Assembly: GCA_030603565.1 (NCBI GenBank)
Contig: JAUVXM010000006.1
Span: 607-64,606 of the forward strand
Length of the DNA stretch: 64,000 nucleotides
Reading direction: 5' to 3'
Source of the DNA: Candidatus Aminicenantes bacterium
Lineage (GTDB): Bacteria; Acidobacteriota; Aminicenantia; Aminicenantales; Aminicenantaceae
Part shown: one piece after another, positions 1-9,636 of the stretch
How the letters are laid out: the number at the start of each line of letters is the position of its first letter
How positions within the stretch are numbered: the first letter of the stretch is position 1
Program-made: the position numbers and the translations under genes
The notes under the pieces: model-generated
The model's input: only the letters and a program-made list of their open reading frames with translations
Database searches by the model: none
What the model was told of the DNA's origin: nothing

Positions 1-1495
1 CTGCCAGAAGAAATGCTTTTTTATATTCTTTAGAATTAAAATAGGAAGCAGCAGCATTGAATTGACAGGTGGCTTTTGTCTGGCGAGTCTGCAGCAGTTG
101 AATCTTTTTTTTCTTTATGAGCTTATCTTTCCTCAGGGTAGAGAGGGCAGCCTCTCTTATCTCCAGGATTTTTGATTTTATCGCTTTTTCTGTCTGCTCA
201 TTACATACGGCTCCTTTTTCAAAATAAGAACCTGAATTTTTCCAGTCTTCTCTTTCTGCATAGATCTTGCCAAGATAATAGGCTGACTCACAGTCTTGGT
301 TATTTAATAGTAATGCTTCCTTAAAGTTATCTTTAGCATCGTCGAGGCGTTTTTGTTTGTAAGCAATAATTCCATCAAGCAATGAGACTTCATAATGGCC
401 AAAAAGGAAATCCCGGGATTTAGTAATGCTTATTATTGCCCTATCTAATTGTTCCAATTCATTTTGGTTCCAGGCCAGCCAGTAATAGGTTTCCCCCATA
501 TAATATTTCCCGAGTTCGATCATATTATTAAGGTTATTAATGGCCTCTTCATGCTGTCCCATATAGCTAAGGCACATAGCTTTACCTAAGATTGCATCCC
601 TGTATTCAGGCGCCAGTTGTAAAGCCAGGTTATTATATTCAAGGCAGGTTTTAAATTCCTCCATGTGAAAGTAAACTTTGGTAAGCGAGATAATAAGAGA
701 AGTTGAATCCGTGATATATTCCAGAGCTCTTTTGTAATGATTCTCTGCTGTCAAAACCTTGCCCTGGCTTAGAGCAATATTGCCCAGAAAATAATCAGCT
801 TCGTAAAAATTAGGGTTATCCTGTAAAAGGTCATTAAGGACGTCAGGTTTTTCTTGAGGGTATATAGATAATTTGTATTTAATAAGCTTTGAATCAGGAA
901 AAATTGAGGCGAAGCGGGAAAAATCTTCCTCTTCTTCAAATTTATATGGAAAGACAGAGTTAAAGGAAAGGTAGAGGTAAGCGTAAAAATCTGTTGAAAC
1001 AGATTTTTCTAAAAGATGGCTGCGAGCAGATTTGAGATTTTGTTTTATCCATTCGTATTGAGCATCAATGCTGGAGTCATCGATTTTATTTCCGGTTATA
1101 CCTTTGGTATTTTCAGGGATTCTTTTTACAATTTCAACATACCGGGAATAATTGGAAAAATAAGGTTCCAGATTTATTAGATTAGAAGCTTCCTGAAGTG
1201 TTTTCTGGTTTAAAATCCCCAGTTCTTTTTCCCTTATTGCCAACAGAAGTGAGGTTTTAATAAATTTTATTCCGGAATTTTTTCGAAAGGCCGGAATGGC
1301 CAGGAATTCACGGTAAGCAGACCGTGCGTTTTTTAGCCCCATATAACTTCCGGTTTTGAATTGTGTGTCCGCTTCTTTGGTTTTGGAATAATATGCAACC
1401 AGCTGCTGGGGGGAGATTTCAGTTTTCTTGGCAGCACAGTTGGAAAGAATAATTAATATTGGCAGAAGAGCCAGTATTTTTATTGTTTTTGTCAT
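1..1495 (-). CDS. TPR-repeat lipoprotein (C-terminal part lies beyond the window edge; N-terminus at 1495)
   Basis: Minus-strand translation from ATG (rc of 1493-1495) gives MTKTIKILALLPILIILSNC... (signal peptide plus lipobox Cys), followed by repeated TPR-like Y/L/A-rich helices. The frame stays open to position 1. Confidence 0.6.
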   Translation of the reverse strand, partial: MTKTIKILALLPILIILSNCAAKKTEISPQQLVAYYSKTKEADTQFKTGSYMGLKNARSAYREFLAIPAFRKNSGIKFIKTSLLLAIREKELGILNQKTLQEASNLINLEPYFSNYSRYVEIVKRIPENTKGITGNKIDDSSIDAQYEWIKQNLKSARSHLLEKSVSTDFYAYLYLSFNSVFPYKFEEEEDFSRFASIFPDSKLIKYKLSIYPQEKPDVLNDLLQDNPNFYEADYFLGNIALSQGKVLTAENHYKRALEYITDSTSLIISLTKVYFHMEEFKTCLEYNNLALQLAPEYRDAILGKAMCLSYMGQHEEAINNLNNMIELGKYYMGETYYWLAWNQNELEQLDRAIISITKSRDFLFGHYEVSLLDGIIAYKQKRLDDAKDNFKEALLLNNQDCESAYYLGKIYAEREDWKNSGSYFEKGAVCNEQTEKAIKSKILEIREAALSTLRKDKLIKKKKIQLLQTRQTKATCQFNAAASYFNSKEYKKAFLLA

Positions 1496-1589
1496 ATTAA
1501 TAAATTATATATTATGTTGATACGATTTGCATATGGATTTTTAGGCTCATCATGTTTTATGATACCTGTATCCAAAAATGTGATGAGCC

Positions 1590-1743
1590 GCCTGGACACT
1601 GGTAAATCCCGGAGAAAGCCATCCGGAACAACGCGGGCATGGTTCCTCGAGAGAATCTCGAGGAGAGCGTTGTGAGGACAGGAAGGGATTTTCCGGCTGG
1701 GGGAAATTCCTGTCTTTCGTAGGGAATTACCCGTATTCAGGCC
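1590..1743 (+). repeat. Family-A structured intergenic element, copy 1 (more diverged). A conserved 3' tail extends to about 1787.
   Basis: About 90% identical to 38001-38155 and 63346-63500. Terminal inverted repeats GCCTGGACACTGGTAA...TTACCCGTATTCAGGC. Internal hairpins CCTCGAGAGAATCTCGAGG and GGGATTTTCCggctGGGGGAAATTCC. Confidence 0.8.
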
Positions 1744-1949
1744 TAACAAATCATGTAAGTTAAAAAAAATTGGGGCGGCTCCATATGTTTATTTCATTGA
1801 CAGATAAGTTTAGAGAAATTATATTTTAGGAATAATGAAACGGATTAACAGCCGGGAAAGTATATACAGATAAGACTGTATGATAATTCTGAAGGCTATC
1901 TATCGTCTATATAAAAAAGGTCATTTCGAGTGACCATAGGTAAAGGACA

Positions 1950-4900
1950 ATGAAAATTACAGAAATCTCTGCTAAGCGGCCGGTTACGACTTTTATGTTT
2001 TTTATTGCTATTGTACTTTTGGGGTTTGTCTCACTTAAAGAGCTGAGTGTCGACCTGCTGCCTGATATCAGTTACCCGCGCCTGTCTGTGGTTACTCAAT
2101 ACGCAGGAGTGGCTCCAGAGGAAATAGAAGCACTTATCACTGAACCCCTGGAAGCGGCTGTGAGCCGGATTCCGGGGATGCGAAGGGTAGAGTCTATATC
2201 CAAAGAAGGTGTTTCCTATATGACCCTGGAATTTGCCTGGGGAACGGATATGGATTTTGCTATGCTGCATACACGGGAGAAGCTCGACAGTGTTCAGCTT
2301 TCAGATGATGTGGAGGATCCCACTATCATCCCGCTTGACCCGCAGAGTAAACCTATAATGATCATGTCTGTATCTGGCTCCAGGTCATTACTTGAGCTTA
2401 AAGAATTTTCTGAAGAATTAGTCAAACCCCGCCTGGAACAGATTGAAGGGATCGGCTCAGCAGAGATCGCAGGAGGAGTGGAGCGCGAGATCCATATCGA
2501 AGTCGATCCTCAATATATGTCTCTTTACGGACTTACTGTTGAACAGATATCACAGAGAATCGATGCTTTCAACCGTAATCTGCAGGGTGGAACTATCCGG
2601 AAAGGGCGGTTTAAATATGCCCTCAGGGTTGTGGGAGAGTTTGAGGCGGTTAATGAGATAGGGGAGATAAGTTTGAAGACAACTGCTGAGCGGGGAGTAG
2701 TGAGGCTTAAAGATGTGGCTGAGATCAAGGATTCCATTAAGGAAAGAGAAGGAATAACCAGGCTCAGCGGAAAAGAAAGTATTGGAATTTTGGTCAGAAA
2801 GGAGTCAGGAGCAAATACGGTTAAAGTAACCCAGGCAGCAAAAGAAGTGCTGGGGGAGATTAAAGCAGAAAATCCGGAGACAAACATCCTGATCGTATCC
2901 GAACAAGCTAAATACATAAACAATGCCATATCATCTGTTTTAAATGCAATTATACTGGGTGGTATTCTGGCATTTGTGATCTTGACCATATTTCTTCAGG
3001 ATTTCAAAACCCCTCTGATCATTGCATCGGTTATTCCTATCTCTATCATTGCAACTTTTAATCTGCTTTATTTCCGGGGTATCACTCTGAATATTATGTC
3101 TTTGGGAGGGCTTGCCCTCGGGGTAGGAATGCTGGTAGACAATTCGATCGTAGTTTCGGAAAGTGTTTTCCGGCACAGAGGCCTGGGTAAGAGTTTTTTA
3201 GATGCAGCAGTCACAGGAACCAGAGAAGTGGGCATGGCGGTTACTGCTTCGACCTTAACTACCATATCGGTATTCCTGCCGGTTATTTATGTGCATGGTG
3301 TAGCCGGACAATTATTTAAAGACCAGGCCCTTACAATAACCTTTGCTCTTTTATCTTCTCTCATTGTCTCCCTCACACTTCTTCCTATGCTGGCGTCGAG
3401 GAAATTTGATATCAGGACAAAAAAGGCTGAAAAACCTTTCAAGGAAACAGAAGATTCCAAGCGGATAAAAGCACGAAAAAAGTCAATCGCTGGAATTTTG
3501 CTTTTTCCCTTCAGAGGTATTCGCTGGCTATTGTATAATATTCCAAAAGGGCTTTATTTAGTTCTTAATTTTATCTTTAGTTTTTTTTCACAGCTTTTTC
3601 TTTTACTCTTCCATTATATAAGCCTGCCCTTCAAACCTGTTATAAGGGTTGTATTTGAAGCTCATAACCGGCTTTATAACAGATTTTCCCTACGCTACCA
3701 TCAGGCGCTTATCTGGTGTCTTGATAGTAAGGGAAAAGTCCTGTCTGGTTCAGTACTTATTCTGGCGCTAACGATTTTTGTCGCTACTTTTATCCCCAGA
3801 GAACTCATGCCGAAACCTGAGGTGTCAGCCTTTGACGTTAATATAAAGACACCGGTGGATTATTCCCTGGAGCAGACATCGGATATCGTATTTATATTGG
3901 AGAACTGGCTGAGCTCGCAGGATTCAGTTAAAGATTCTTTTTCCCAGATTGGCATTGTTAGCGGAATGGAGGGTTTGAATCCGGATATTTCGCTTAATTC
4001 CGCCAAGCTTTATGTTGAGGTAAAAGAATCCCCGGAAGTTGAGGGATTGATAAAAGGTTTGAGAGAAAGACTGCAGCGGTTCCCCGGCCTGACATATTCA
4101 ATAGTCAGGGAACAATCAACACTTTCCCAGTTTATGGCTTTTTCAACTGCAGAAATCGGTTTGAAAATAAAAGGAAATGAACTTAACCGGCTGAATATTT
4201 TAGCCGAACAGCTGAAAGAGAAATTGCGTGATATTGATGGACTGGCTGATATTGGTTCAAATACTGGGGAGGGCAAGCCGGAATTCAGGGTTAAAATAAA
4301 GAAAGAAGCCTTGGAAAAGTATAATATTTCTCCGGCAGCCATCAGTGACTTTTTGGTGGATGCAGTGAGGGGAAAAATTGCTACCCAGTTTAATGAGATG
4401 GAGAAAAAGTATGATGTGCTTGTCCGGCTGGAAGAGGATACCAGGGAGAATATTGAATCGCTCCTAAATGAACAGATGCCGCATGGAAAAACACTTATTC
4501 CCTTGAGAGAATTGATCTCATATGAGGTTGTCAGAGGGCCGAAAGAAATTCGGAGGGAAAGCCAGCAGCGGGAGGTTCTGGTTACCGCCAACCTGAAAGG
4601 AGTTAAGATCAGTCAGGTGGCACCTGAGATAAGAGAGAAGATCGATGAACTGGAATTGCCTGCAGGTTATCGGGTTGTATTCAGTGGCGAACAAGAGGAA
4701 ATGGAGAAATCCTTCCGCAGTCTTTTATTTGCGTTTTCACTTGCGGTCCTGCTGGTGTATATGACAATGGCAGCCCAGTTTGAATCTTTACTGCATCCCT
4801 TTTTGATTTTATTTACCCTGCCGATGGGATTGATAGGAGCTGTATGGGCACTTCTGGTCACCGGGCAGACTTTTAACGTGATTTCTATCATCGGGATAGT

Positions 4901-5219
4901 GGTGCTAGCTGGAATTGTGGTAAATGACGCGATAGTCAAGGTCGACTACACCAACCAGTTGCGCAGGAAAGGGCTTTCAGTAAGAGAAGCTATTATGGAA
5001 GCAAGCCGAGTAAGGTTGAGACCGATATTAATGACAACAGTCACTACTGCCGTTGGCCTTTTTCCCATGTCTTTAGGTCTTGGGAGAGGGTCGGAGTTGC
5101 AGCAGCCGCTGGCGATCACGGTTATAGGCGGGTTGATGCTGGCGACATTTTTAACCTTGATCCTTATACCCATGGCCTATGAACTGGTAGAGAGGAGAAA
5201 GACCAGGGATAATAAATGA
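1950..5219 (+). CDS. RND-family efflux transporter permease (AcrB/MdtB-like)
   Basis: 1089 aa with 12-TM RND architecture and large periplasmic loops. The repeated motif LGGLALGVGMLVDNSIVV is typical of the HAE1/CzcA family. Confidence 0.85.
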   Translation: MKITEISAKRPVTTFMFFIAIVLLGFVSLKELSVDLLPDISYPRLSVVTQYAGVAPEEIEALITEPLEAAVSRIPGMRRVESISKEGVSYMTLEFAWGTDMDFAMLHTREKLDSVQLSDDVEDPTIIPLDPQSKPIMIMSVSGSRSLLELKEFSEELVKPRLEQIEGIGSAEIAGGVEREIHIEVDPQYMSLYGLTVEQISQRIDAFNRNLQGGTIRKGRFKYALRVVGEFEAVNEIGEISLKTTAERGVVRLKDVAEIKDSIKEREGITRLSGKESIGILVRKESGANTVKVTQAAKEVLGEIKAENPETNILIVSEQAKYINNAISSVLNAIILGGILAFVILTIFLQDFKTPLIIASVIPISIIATFNLLYFRGITLNIMSLGGLALGVGMLVDNSIVVSESVFRHRGLGKSFLDAAVTGTREVGMAVTASTLTTISVFLPVIYVHGVAGQLFKDQALTITFALLSSLIVSLTLLPMLASRKFDIRTKKAEKPFKETEDSKRIKARKKSIAGILLFPFRGIRWLLYNIPKGLYLVLNFIFSFFSQLFLLLFHYISLPFKPVIRVVFEAHNRLYNRFSLRYHQALIWCLDSKGKVLSGSVLILALTIFVATFIPRELMPKPEVSAFDVNIKTPVDYSLEQTSDIVFILENWLSSQDSVKDSFSQIGIVSGMEGLNPDISLNSAKLYVEVKESPEVEGLIKGLRERLQRFPGLTYSIVREQSTLSQFMAFSTAEIGLKIKGNELNRLNILAEQLKEKLRDIDGLADIGSNTGEGKPEFRVKIKKEALEKYNISPAAISDFLVDAVRGKIATQFNEMEKKYDVLVRLEEDTRENIESLLNEQMPHGKTLIPLRELISYEVVRGPKEIRRESQQREVLVTANLKGVKISQVAPEIREKIDELELPAGYRVVFSGEQEEMEKSFRSLLFAFSLAVLLVYMTMAAQFESLLHPFLILFTLPMGLIGAVWALLVTGQTFNVISIIGIVVLAGIVVNDAIVKVDYTNQLRRKGLSVREAIMEASRVRLRPILMTTVTTAVGLFPMSLGLGRGSELQQPLAITVIGGLMLATFLTLILIPMAYELVERRKTRDNK

Positions 5220-8200
5220 GAATATTTATAGAGCGTCCCATCGCCACTGCTATGGTATTTATGGTGCTGCTGGTGCTGGGAGTATATTCCTTCCTTAATA
5301 TTCCTATGGAACTTGCTCCTAAAGAAGATTATCCCCGTCTGGATATTGAGACTTTTTGGCGGGGAGTCCCTCCTGAAATTATCCAGACCGAGATAAGCTC
5401 TGTTTTGGAGGAAAAGGCTTCGACTGTCAAGGGGGTCAGGAAGATCGAGTCTTCTTCAAGTATCGGAAGTTCACGTATAACTTTGGAATTCGACCCCAAA
5501 ACCAATATGGAATTTGCCCGGCTTTCTCTGCGGGAAAAGTTTGCTGAAATAAAGGATGAACTGCCTTATGGAGTAAGGCCTGAGATCCGGCCCTATGTGC
5601 CTGAAGATTTCAGAGTAAGCCCTTTTCTTAGCTATACTATTTCCGGTGATTATTCCCTCCAAAAGCTGAGGGAGCTGGTTAAAGAAAAAATTGAATTTGG
5701 GATAGGCTCAGTCAAAGGAGTAGCAGATGTTGATGTGAGTGGAGGTTCGGACCCGGAGGTAAGGATCATCCTGGATGAAGAGAAGCTTAAAGCCCTGGGT
5801 ATCCAGCCGTTTCTTGTTTATACAATGATCCAGGAAAGAGCGCATATTTACCCGGCCGGGAAGGTCAAAAAAGGAAGCCGGGAACTGCTTTTTAAGGTCA
5901 CTAATCCTATTGATAGCATCAGGGAATTGGGTGAAACAGTGATCGCGCATATAGGAGGTAATGCTGTCAAGCTTAAAGAGATTTCACGGCTGATACCGGC
6001 ATATGGTGAGATCTACTATATAAACCGCATAAATGGAAAACCGACCATAAGGCTTACAATCCGGAAAGAGAAGGGATTGAGTACACTTAAAATAGGCCGG
6101 GAGGTAAAAAAACGCCTTGAGGAAGTAAAACAGGAGATGCCTGATGATCTGATCTTCCGCGCAGTGGATGATGAAAGCGAGGAGATAGAGAAGAATCTTA
6201 AGGAATTATATCTTCTCGTAGGTATTATTATTGCCGTGATCTTTATTCTCATATTTATGTTTCTCCGGAGTATTAAACCGTCCCTGCTGGTGGTTTCTTC
6301 CATTGCTTTTTCCGTGCTTTTAACCTTTAATCTGGTCTATTTTTCCAAAACCTCGTTGAATATGTTTACACTTGGGGGGCTTGCCCTGGGATTTGGGCTT
6401 TTTGTAGATAATTCAATAGTCGTATTTGAAAATGTTCTGCGGGTTAGAGAAAAAGGTGCTTCTGCTGTAAAGGCAGCTATAGAGGGCTCAAAGGAAGTGT
6501 TCCTTCCTGTCTTCGCCTCGACTTTGACTACGATGAGTGTATTTTTTTCGATCGCTTACTTTCAGGGGCGCTTACGAATGTATTATCTCCCTATGGCAAT
6601 TGTGATAAGTTCAGCCCTGGCTGCGTCTCTTTTGGTATCTTTTTCTGTTATCCCGGCTTTATCCCCGAAATTACTGAAAAGCCCAAAAAAGAAACGTAAG
6701 GAAAGGTATAGAAAACAATACGAAAAAATACTGCGTTTTTTTCTTCGCCATCCGGTCGAAGTTATTTTAATAACTGTAGCCATATTTTTCGGAACATACA
6801 AATGGTTCAGGTCCGAAGTTACTGTGGGAGAATTTTTTAACTGGTATTCCAAAGAGAAGCTGTATGTATCACTGGGCATGCCGGCTGGAACTGAGATCGA
6901 GCGGACTGATGAAGTAGTAAAGCAGTTTGAAGAAAAAATAATCGATGCTCCCTATGAAAAAGAAGCAAACACATTTGTTTCCTCGGAACGGGGAACCATA
7001 ACGATTTCATTTCCGCCTGAGATAGAGATGTCTTACCGGCCTTATCTTATGAAGGAACAGTTGATCCAACTGGCTACCAATTTTGCCGGTATTAATGTCG
7101 GTATTTACGGTTTTGACCCTCAGGGCTATCATTCCGGGTTCGGAAGCGGGACTTTTTATGATTCGCGCATAAAATTTTTTGGATACAATCTGAAAAAAAT
7201 AAAGGAGATAACCTCAAATCTGGAACAAACACTTAAACGAAATCCGCGTATCAAAGAAGTGAAGATAACATCCAGCAAGTTCGGATGGTGGCGTTTGGAT
7301 TCATTTGAATATGTTTTAAAGATAGATAAAGAAATTTTAAGAAAGTATGACATTGACCCTCAGTATATTTATTACCAAATCCAGACATTCATCCAGGGGA
7401 GGGTTTCAATTCCTCTGAAAGCCAATATATCAGGCAGGGAAATGGATTTCTCTATAAAATTTCCTCAAGCAGAGGAGATGGATTTGAAAAATCTGCAGGA
7501 TGTCTTGATTCAAACCCGAAGAGGGGAGTTTATAAGATTGGGAGAAATTTCTACTTTGGAGGAAAAGCCTATTGCCGGCTCCATCGACCGGGAGGACCAG
7601 CAGTTCCAGCAGACCATAATGTGGGAATTTCGGGGGCCCTACAAAGCCGGGGAAAAATACCGGGAAGGTATTTTTGCGAAATTAGATCTTCCCCCGGGAT
7701 TTTCGGCCACCATGGAAGATGAACGCTTTATGACAGAAGAGGAGAAAGGGCAGATTAAATTTGCCATAATATTTTCCCTGATTATTATCTTTATAATCCT
7801 TGCATCTCTATACGAATCAATTATCCAACCTTTCTTTATCCTTTTGGCTGTGCCCCTGGCATTGATCGGGGTATTTGTGGCCTTTGTTATTGCTGACTTT
7901 TCCTTTGATTCGTCTGCTTACATTGGAGTGATATTGCTTGGGGGGATTGTAGTCAATAACTCTATTCTTTTGGTCGATCACATAAATTCAAAACGCAGGC
8001 AGGGAATAGTTCTCCTGGAAGCAGTAATACAGGGAGCCAGGGAGAGGATACGGCCGATTTTTCTGACTACGGGAACAACTGTTTTAGGAATGCTACCACT
8101 TGTTTTGATCCAGCTGGAAGAAGGAAAGCGGCAGATATGGGCCTCTTTAGCACTTTCAGCCGTGGGCGGATTAATAAGCTCAACTATTTTCATCATGATA

Positions 8201-8293
8201 ATTATCCCGATTTTTTACTATTACGGAGATAATATCCGAATCTGGGCAGCCGGGAGAATAGAAGAACTGAAACGTATCCGGAGAAATTATTAG
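5216..8293 (+). CDS. Second RND-family efflux permease (MdtC-like paralog), overlapping the upstream gene by 4 nt
   Basis: 1025 aa and paralogous to the upstream gene (LGGLALGFGLFVDNSIVVFEN). The ATGA overlap suggests translational coupling. Confidence 0.85.
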   Translation: MRIFIERPIATAMVFMVLLVLGVYSFLNIPMELAPKEDYPRLDIETFWRGVPPEIIQTEISSVLEEKASTVKGVRKIESSSSIGSSRITLEFDPKTNMEFARLSLREKFAEIKDELPYGVRPEIRPYVPEDFRVSPFLSYTISGDYSLQKLRELVKEKIEFGIGSVKGVADVDVSGGSDPEVRIILDEEKLKALGIQPFLVYTMIQERAHIYPAGKVKKGSRELLFKVTNPIDSIRELGETVIAHIGGNAVKLKEISRLIPAYGEIYYINRINGKPTIRLTIRKEKGLSTLKIGREVKKRLEEVKQEMPDDLIFRAVDDESEEIEKNLKELYLLVGIIIAVIFILIFMFLRSIKPSLLVVSSIAFSVLLTFNLVYFSKTSLNMFTLGGLALGFGLFVDNSIVVFENVLRVREKGASAVKAAIEGSKEVFLPVFASTLTTMSVFFSIAYFQGRLRMYYLPMAIVISSALAASLLVSFSVIPALSPKLLKSPKKKRKERYRKQYEKILRFFLRHPVEVILITVAIFFGTYKWFRSEVTVGEFFNWYSKEKLYVSLGMPAGTEIERTDEVVKQFEEKIIDAPYEKEANTFVSSERGTITISFPPEIEMSYRPYLMKEQLIQLATNFAGINVGIYGFDPQGYHSGFGSGTFYDSRIKFFGYNLKKIKEITSNLEQTLKRNPRIKEVKITSSKFGWWRLDSFEYVLKIDKEILRKYDIDPQYIYYQIQTFIQGRVSIPLKANISGREMDFSIKFPQAEEMDLKNLQDVLIQTRRGEFIRLGEISTLEEKPIAGSIDREDQQFQQTIMWEFRGPYKAGEKYREGIFAKLDLPPGFSATMEDERFMTEEEKGQIKFAIIFSLIIIFIILASLYESIIQPFFILLAVPLALIGVFVAFVIADFSFDSSAYIGVILLGGIVVNNSILLVDHINSKRRQGIVLLEAVIQGARERIRPIFLTTGTTVLGMLPLVLIQLEEGKRQIWASLALSAVGGLISSTIFIMIIIPIFYYYGDNIRIWAAGRIEELKRIRRNY

Positions 8294-8340
8294 AAAGGAT
8301 AAAATCGGTTTCTGGAATAATATTGTAGGAGGCAAAAAAT

Positions 8341-9411
8341 ATGGCGCGACACACAATTGAAGACCTAAAAAAATGCATTCAAAAATTCCCCCGGGAAAGG
8401 CTTATCCACAGCCCTACACCCTTAAGGAAACTGGAAAACTTAACCCAGAAACTGGGCGGCCCTGATATTTTCATAAAGCGTGATGATATGACCGGGCTTG
8501 CTTTCGGGGGCAATAAATCCCGCAAGCTGGAATTTATTATTGCTGATGTATTAAAGAAAAAAGCGGATACTATTATCACCTGGGCAAGTGTTCAGTCAAA
8601 CTGGTGTCTTCAAACAGCAGCTGTTGCTAATAAATATGGGATCAAACCTATTCTTATTCTGTTTAAAACATATGATATTCCGGAAGAATTCGACGGCAAT
8701 CTCCTCCTCGATTTTATTCTGGATGCAGACATAAGGTTCGGAGAAGGGGAGGCTGGGAGGGTCGTCCAGGTGGATCAAGCAAAGGAAATGCTTAAGGAGA
8801 TAGCTGAAGAGATCAGGAAAGAAGGACATCGTCCTTATATCGTACCTATAGGTGGTTCTATGAAGGGAGAGGACATGGAGCTGCCCCTGGGAGCAGTAGG
8901 GTATGTGGATGCAATCATTGAAATTAAACAGCAGTTTGAAAAAATTGGTGAGAATATAGATTATATAATCCATGCTACTGGCTCCGGGGGAACACAGGCA
9001 GGCATGGTAGTTGGAGCTAAGGCTGTAACGGAGAATACCAAAGTATTAGGAGTCAGTGTATCGGAAAAGAAAGATGTTTTTTCAAAGGATGTTTTGACTA
9101 TTTGCCGGGATACTGTTGGGGCTCTTGAGCTTAAGCTTGAAATAGATAAAGATGATGTAATGGTTTTTGATGATTATATCCAGGATGGCTACGGGGTGGT
9201 TAATAAAGAAGTGTCAGAAGCTGTACGCCTGATGGCGCATACGGAGGGCATCTTTCTCGATCCAGTCTATACAGGGAAAGCTATGGTAGCCCTTGTTGAT
9301 CTGATTAAAAAAGGACATTTTAACTCAGATGATAAGGTCGTGTTTATTCACACAGGCGGAACTCCCGCCCTTTTTCCCAATAAACACCTCATAAGCAAAT
9401 TTCTAACTTAG
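8341..9411 (+). CDS. PLP-dependent D-cysteine desulfhydrase / ACC deaminase family protein
   Basis: 356 aa containing the GGNKSRKLEF motif, with Lys as the PLP ligand. Fold-type II PLP enzyme of the DcyD/ACC-deaminase family. Confidence 0.7.
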   Translation: MARHTIEDLKKCIQKFPRERLIHSPTPLRKLENLTQKLGGPDIFIKRDDMTGLAFGGNKSRKLEFIIADVLKKKADTIITWASVQSNWCLQTAAVANKYGIKPILILFKTYDIPEEFDGNLLLDFILDADIRFGEGEAGRVVQVDQAKEMLKEIAEEIRKEGHRPYIVPIGGSMKGEDMELPLGAVGYVDAIIEIKQQFEKIGENIDYIIHATGSGGTQAGMVVGAKAVTENTKVLGVSVSEKKDVFSKDVLTICRDTVGALELKLEIDKDDVMVFDDYIQDGYGVVNKEVSEAVRLMAHTEGIFLDPVYTGKAMVALVDLIKKGHFNSDDKVVFIHTGGTPALFPNKHLISKFLT

Positions 9412-9588
9412 CCCGACTTTCTCGCAAGAAATCTACTACAACGGCAAATTCATCTGAAACTGCGGCGTTATGCTCCCGAAGTTTCCTCAACATACTGAAA
9501 GTATGCCTGTGGGAACTTCGGGAGCAAGCCTTGCATTTTCAGCGACTTCGCCGTTTCGCTACGATATCTGGTGAGAAAGGCAGGCTAG

Positions 9589-9625
9589 AGGGGACAGTCC
9601 CTCTTCTTAAAAGGGACTGTCCCCT
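9589..9625. terminator. Strong GC hairpin between convergent genes (putative bidirectional terminator). A second 14-bp hairpin lies at 9472-9527.
   Basis: GGGGACAGTCCCTcttcttaaaaGGGACTGTCCCC, with flanking T/A runs. Confidence 0.5.
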
Positions 9626-9636
9626 TAGGTTTTATC

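Noticed and set aside
1492-1749. ORFs over family-A repeat copies: 1492-1749(-), 63321-63557(-), 63332-63544(-), 63396-63614(+). They include similar 'GISPSRKIPSCPHNALLEI' peptides.
   Set aside because: They are translations of the repeated, hairpin-rich non-coding element. Frames are inconsistent between copies, there is no RBS, and indels between copies break the frames.
2031-8196. Numerous 60-200-aa antisense or alternative-frame ORFs inside large genes (for example 2525-2989, 4010-4591, 21958-22608, 26390-26929)
   Set aside because: They are fully embedded in confidently assigned long CDSs, and their composition is driven by the sense strand.
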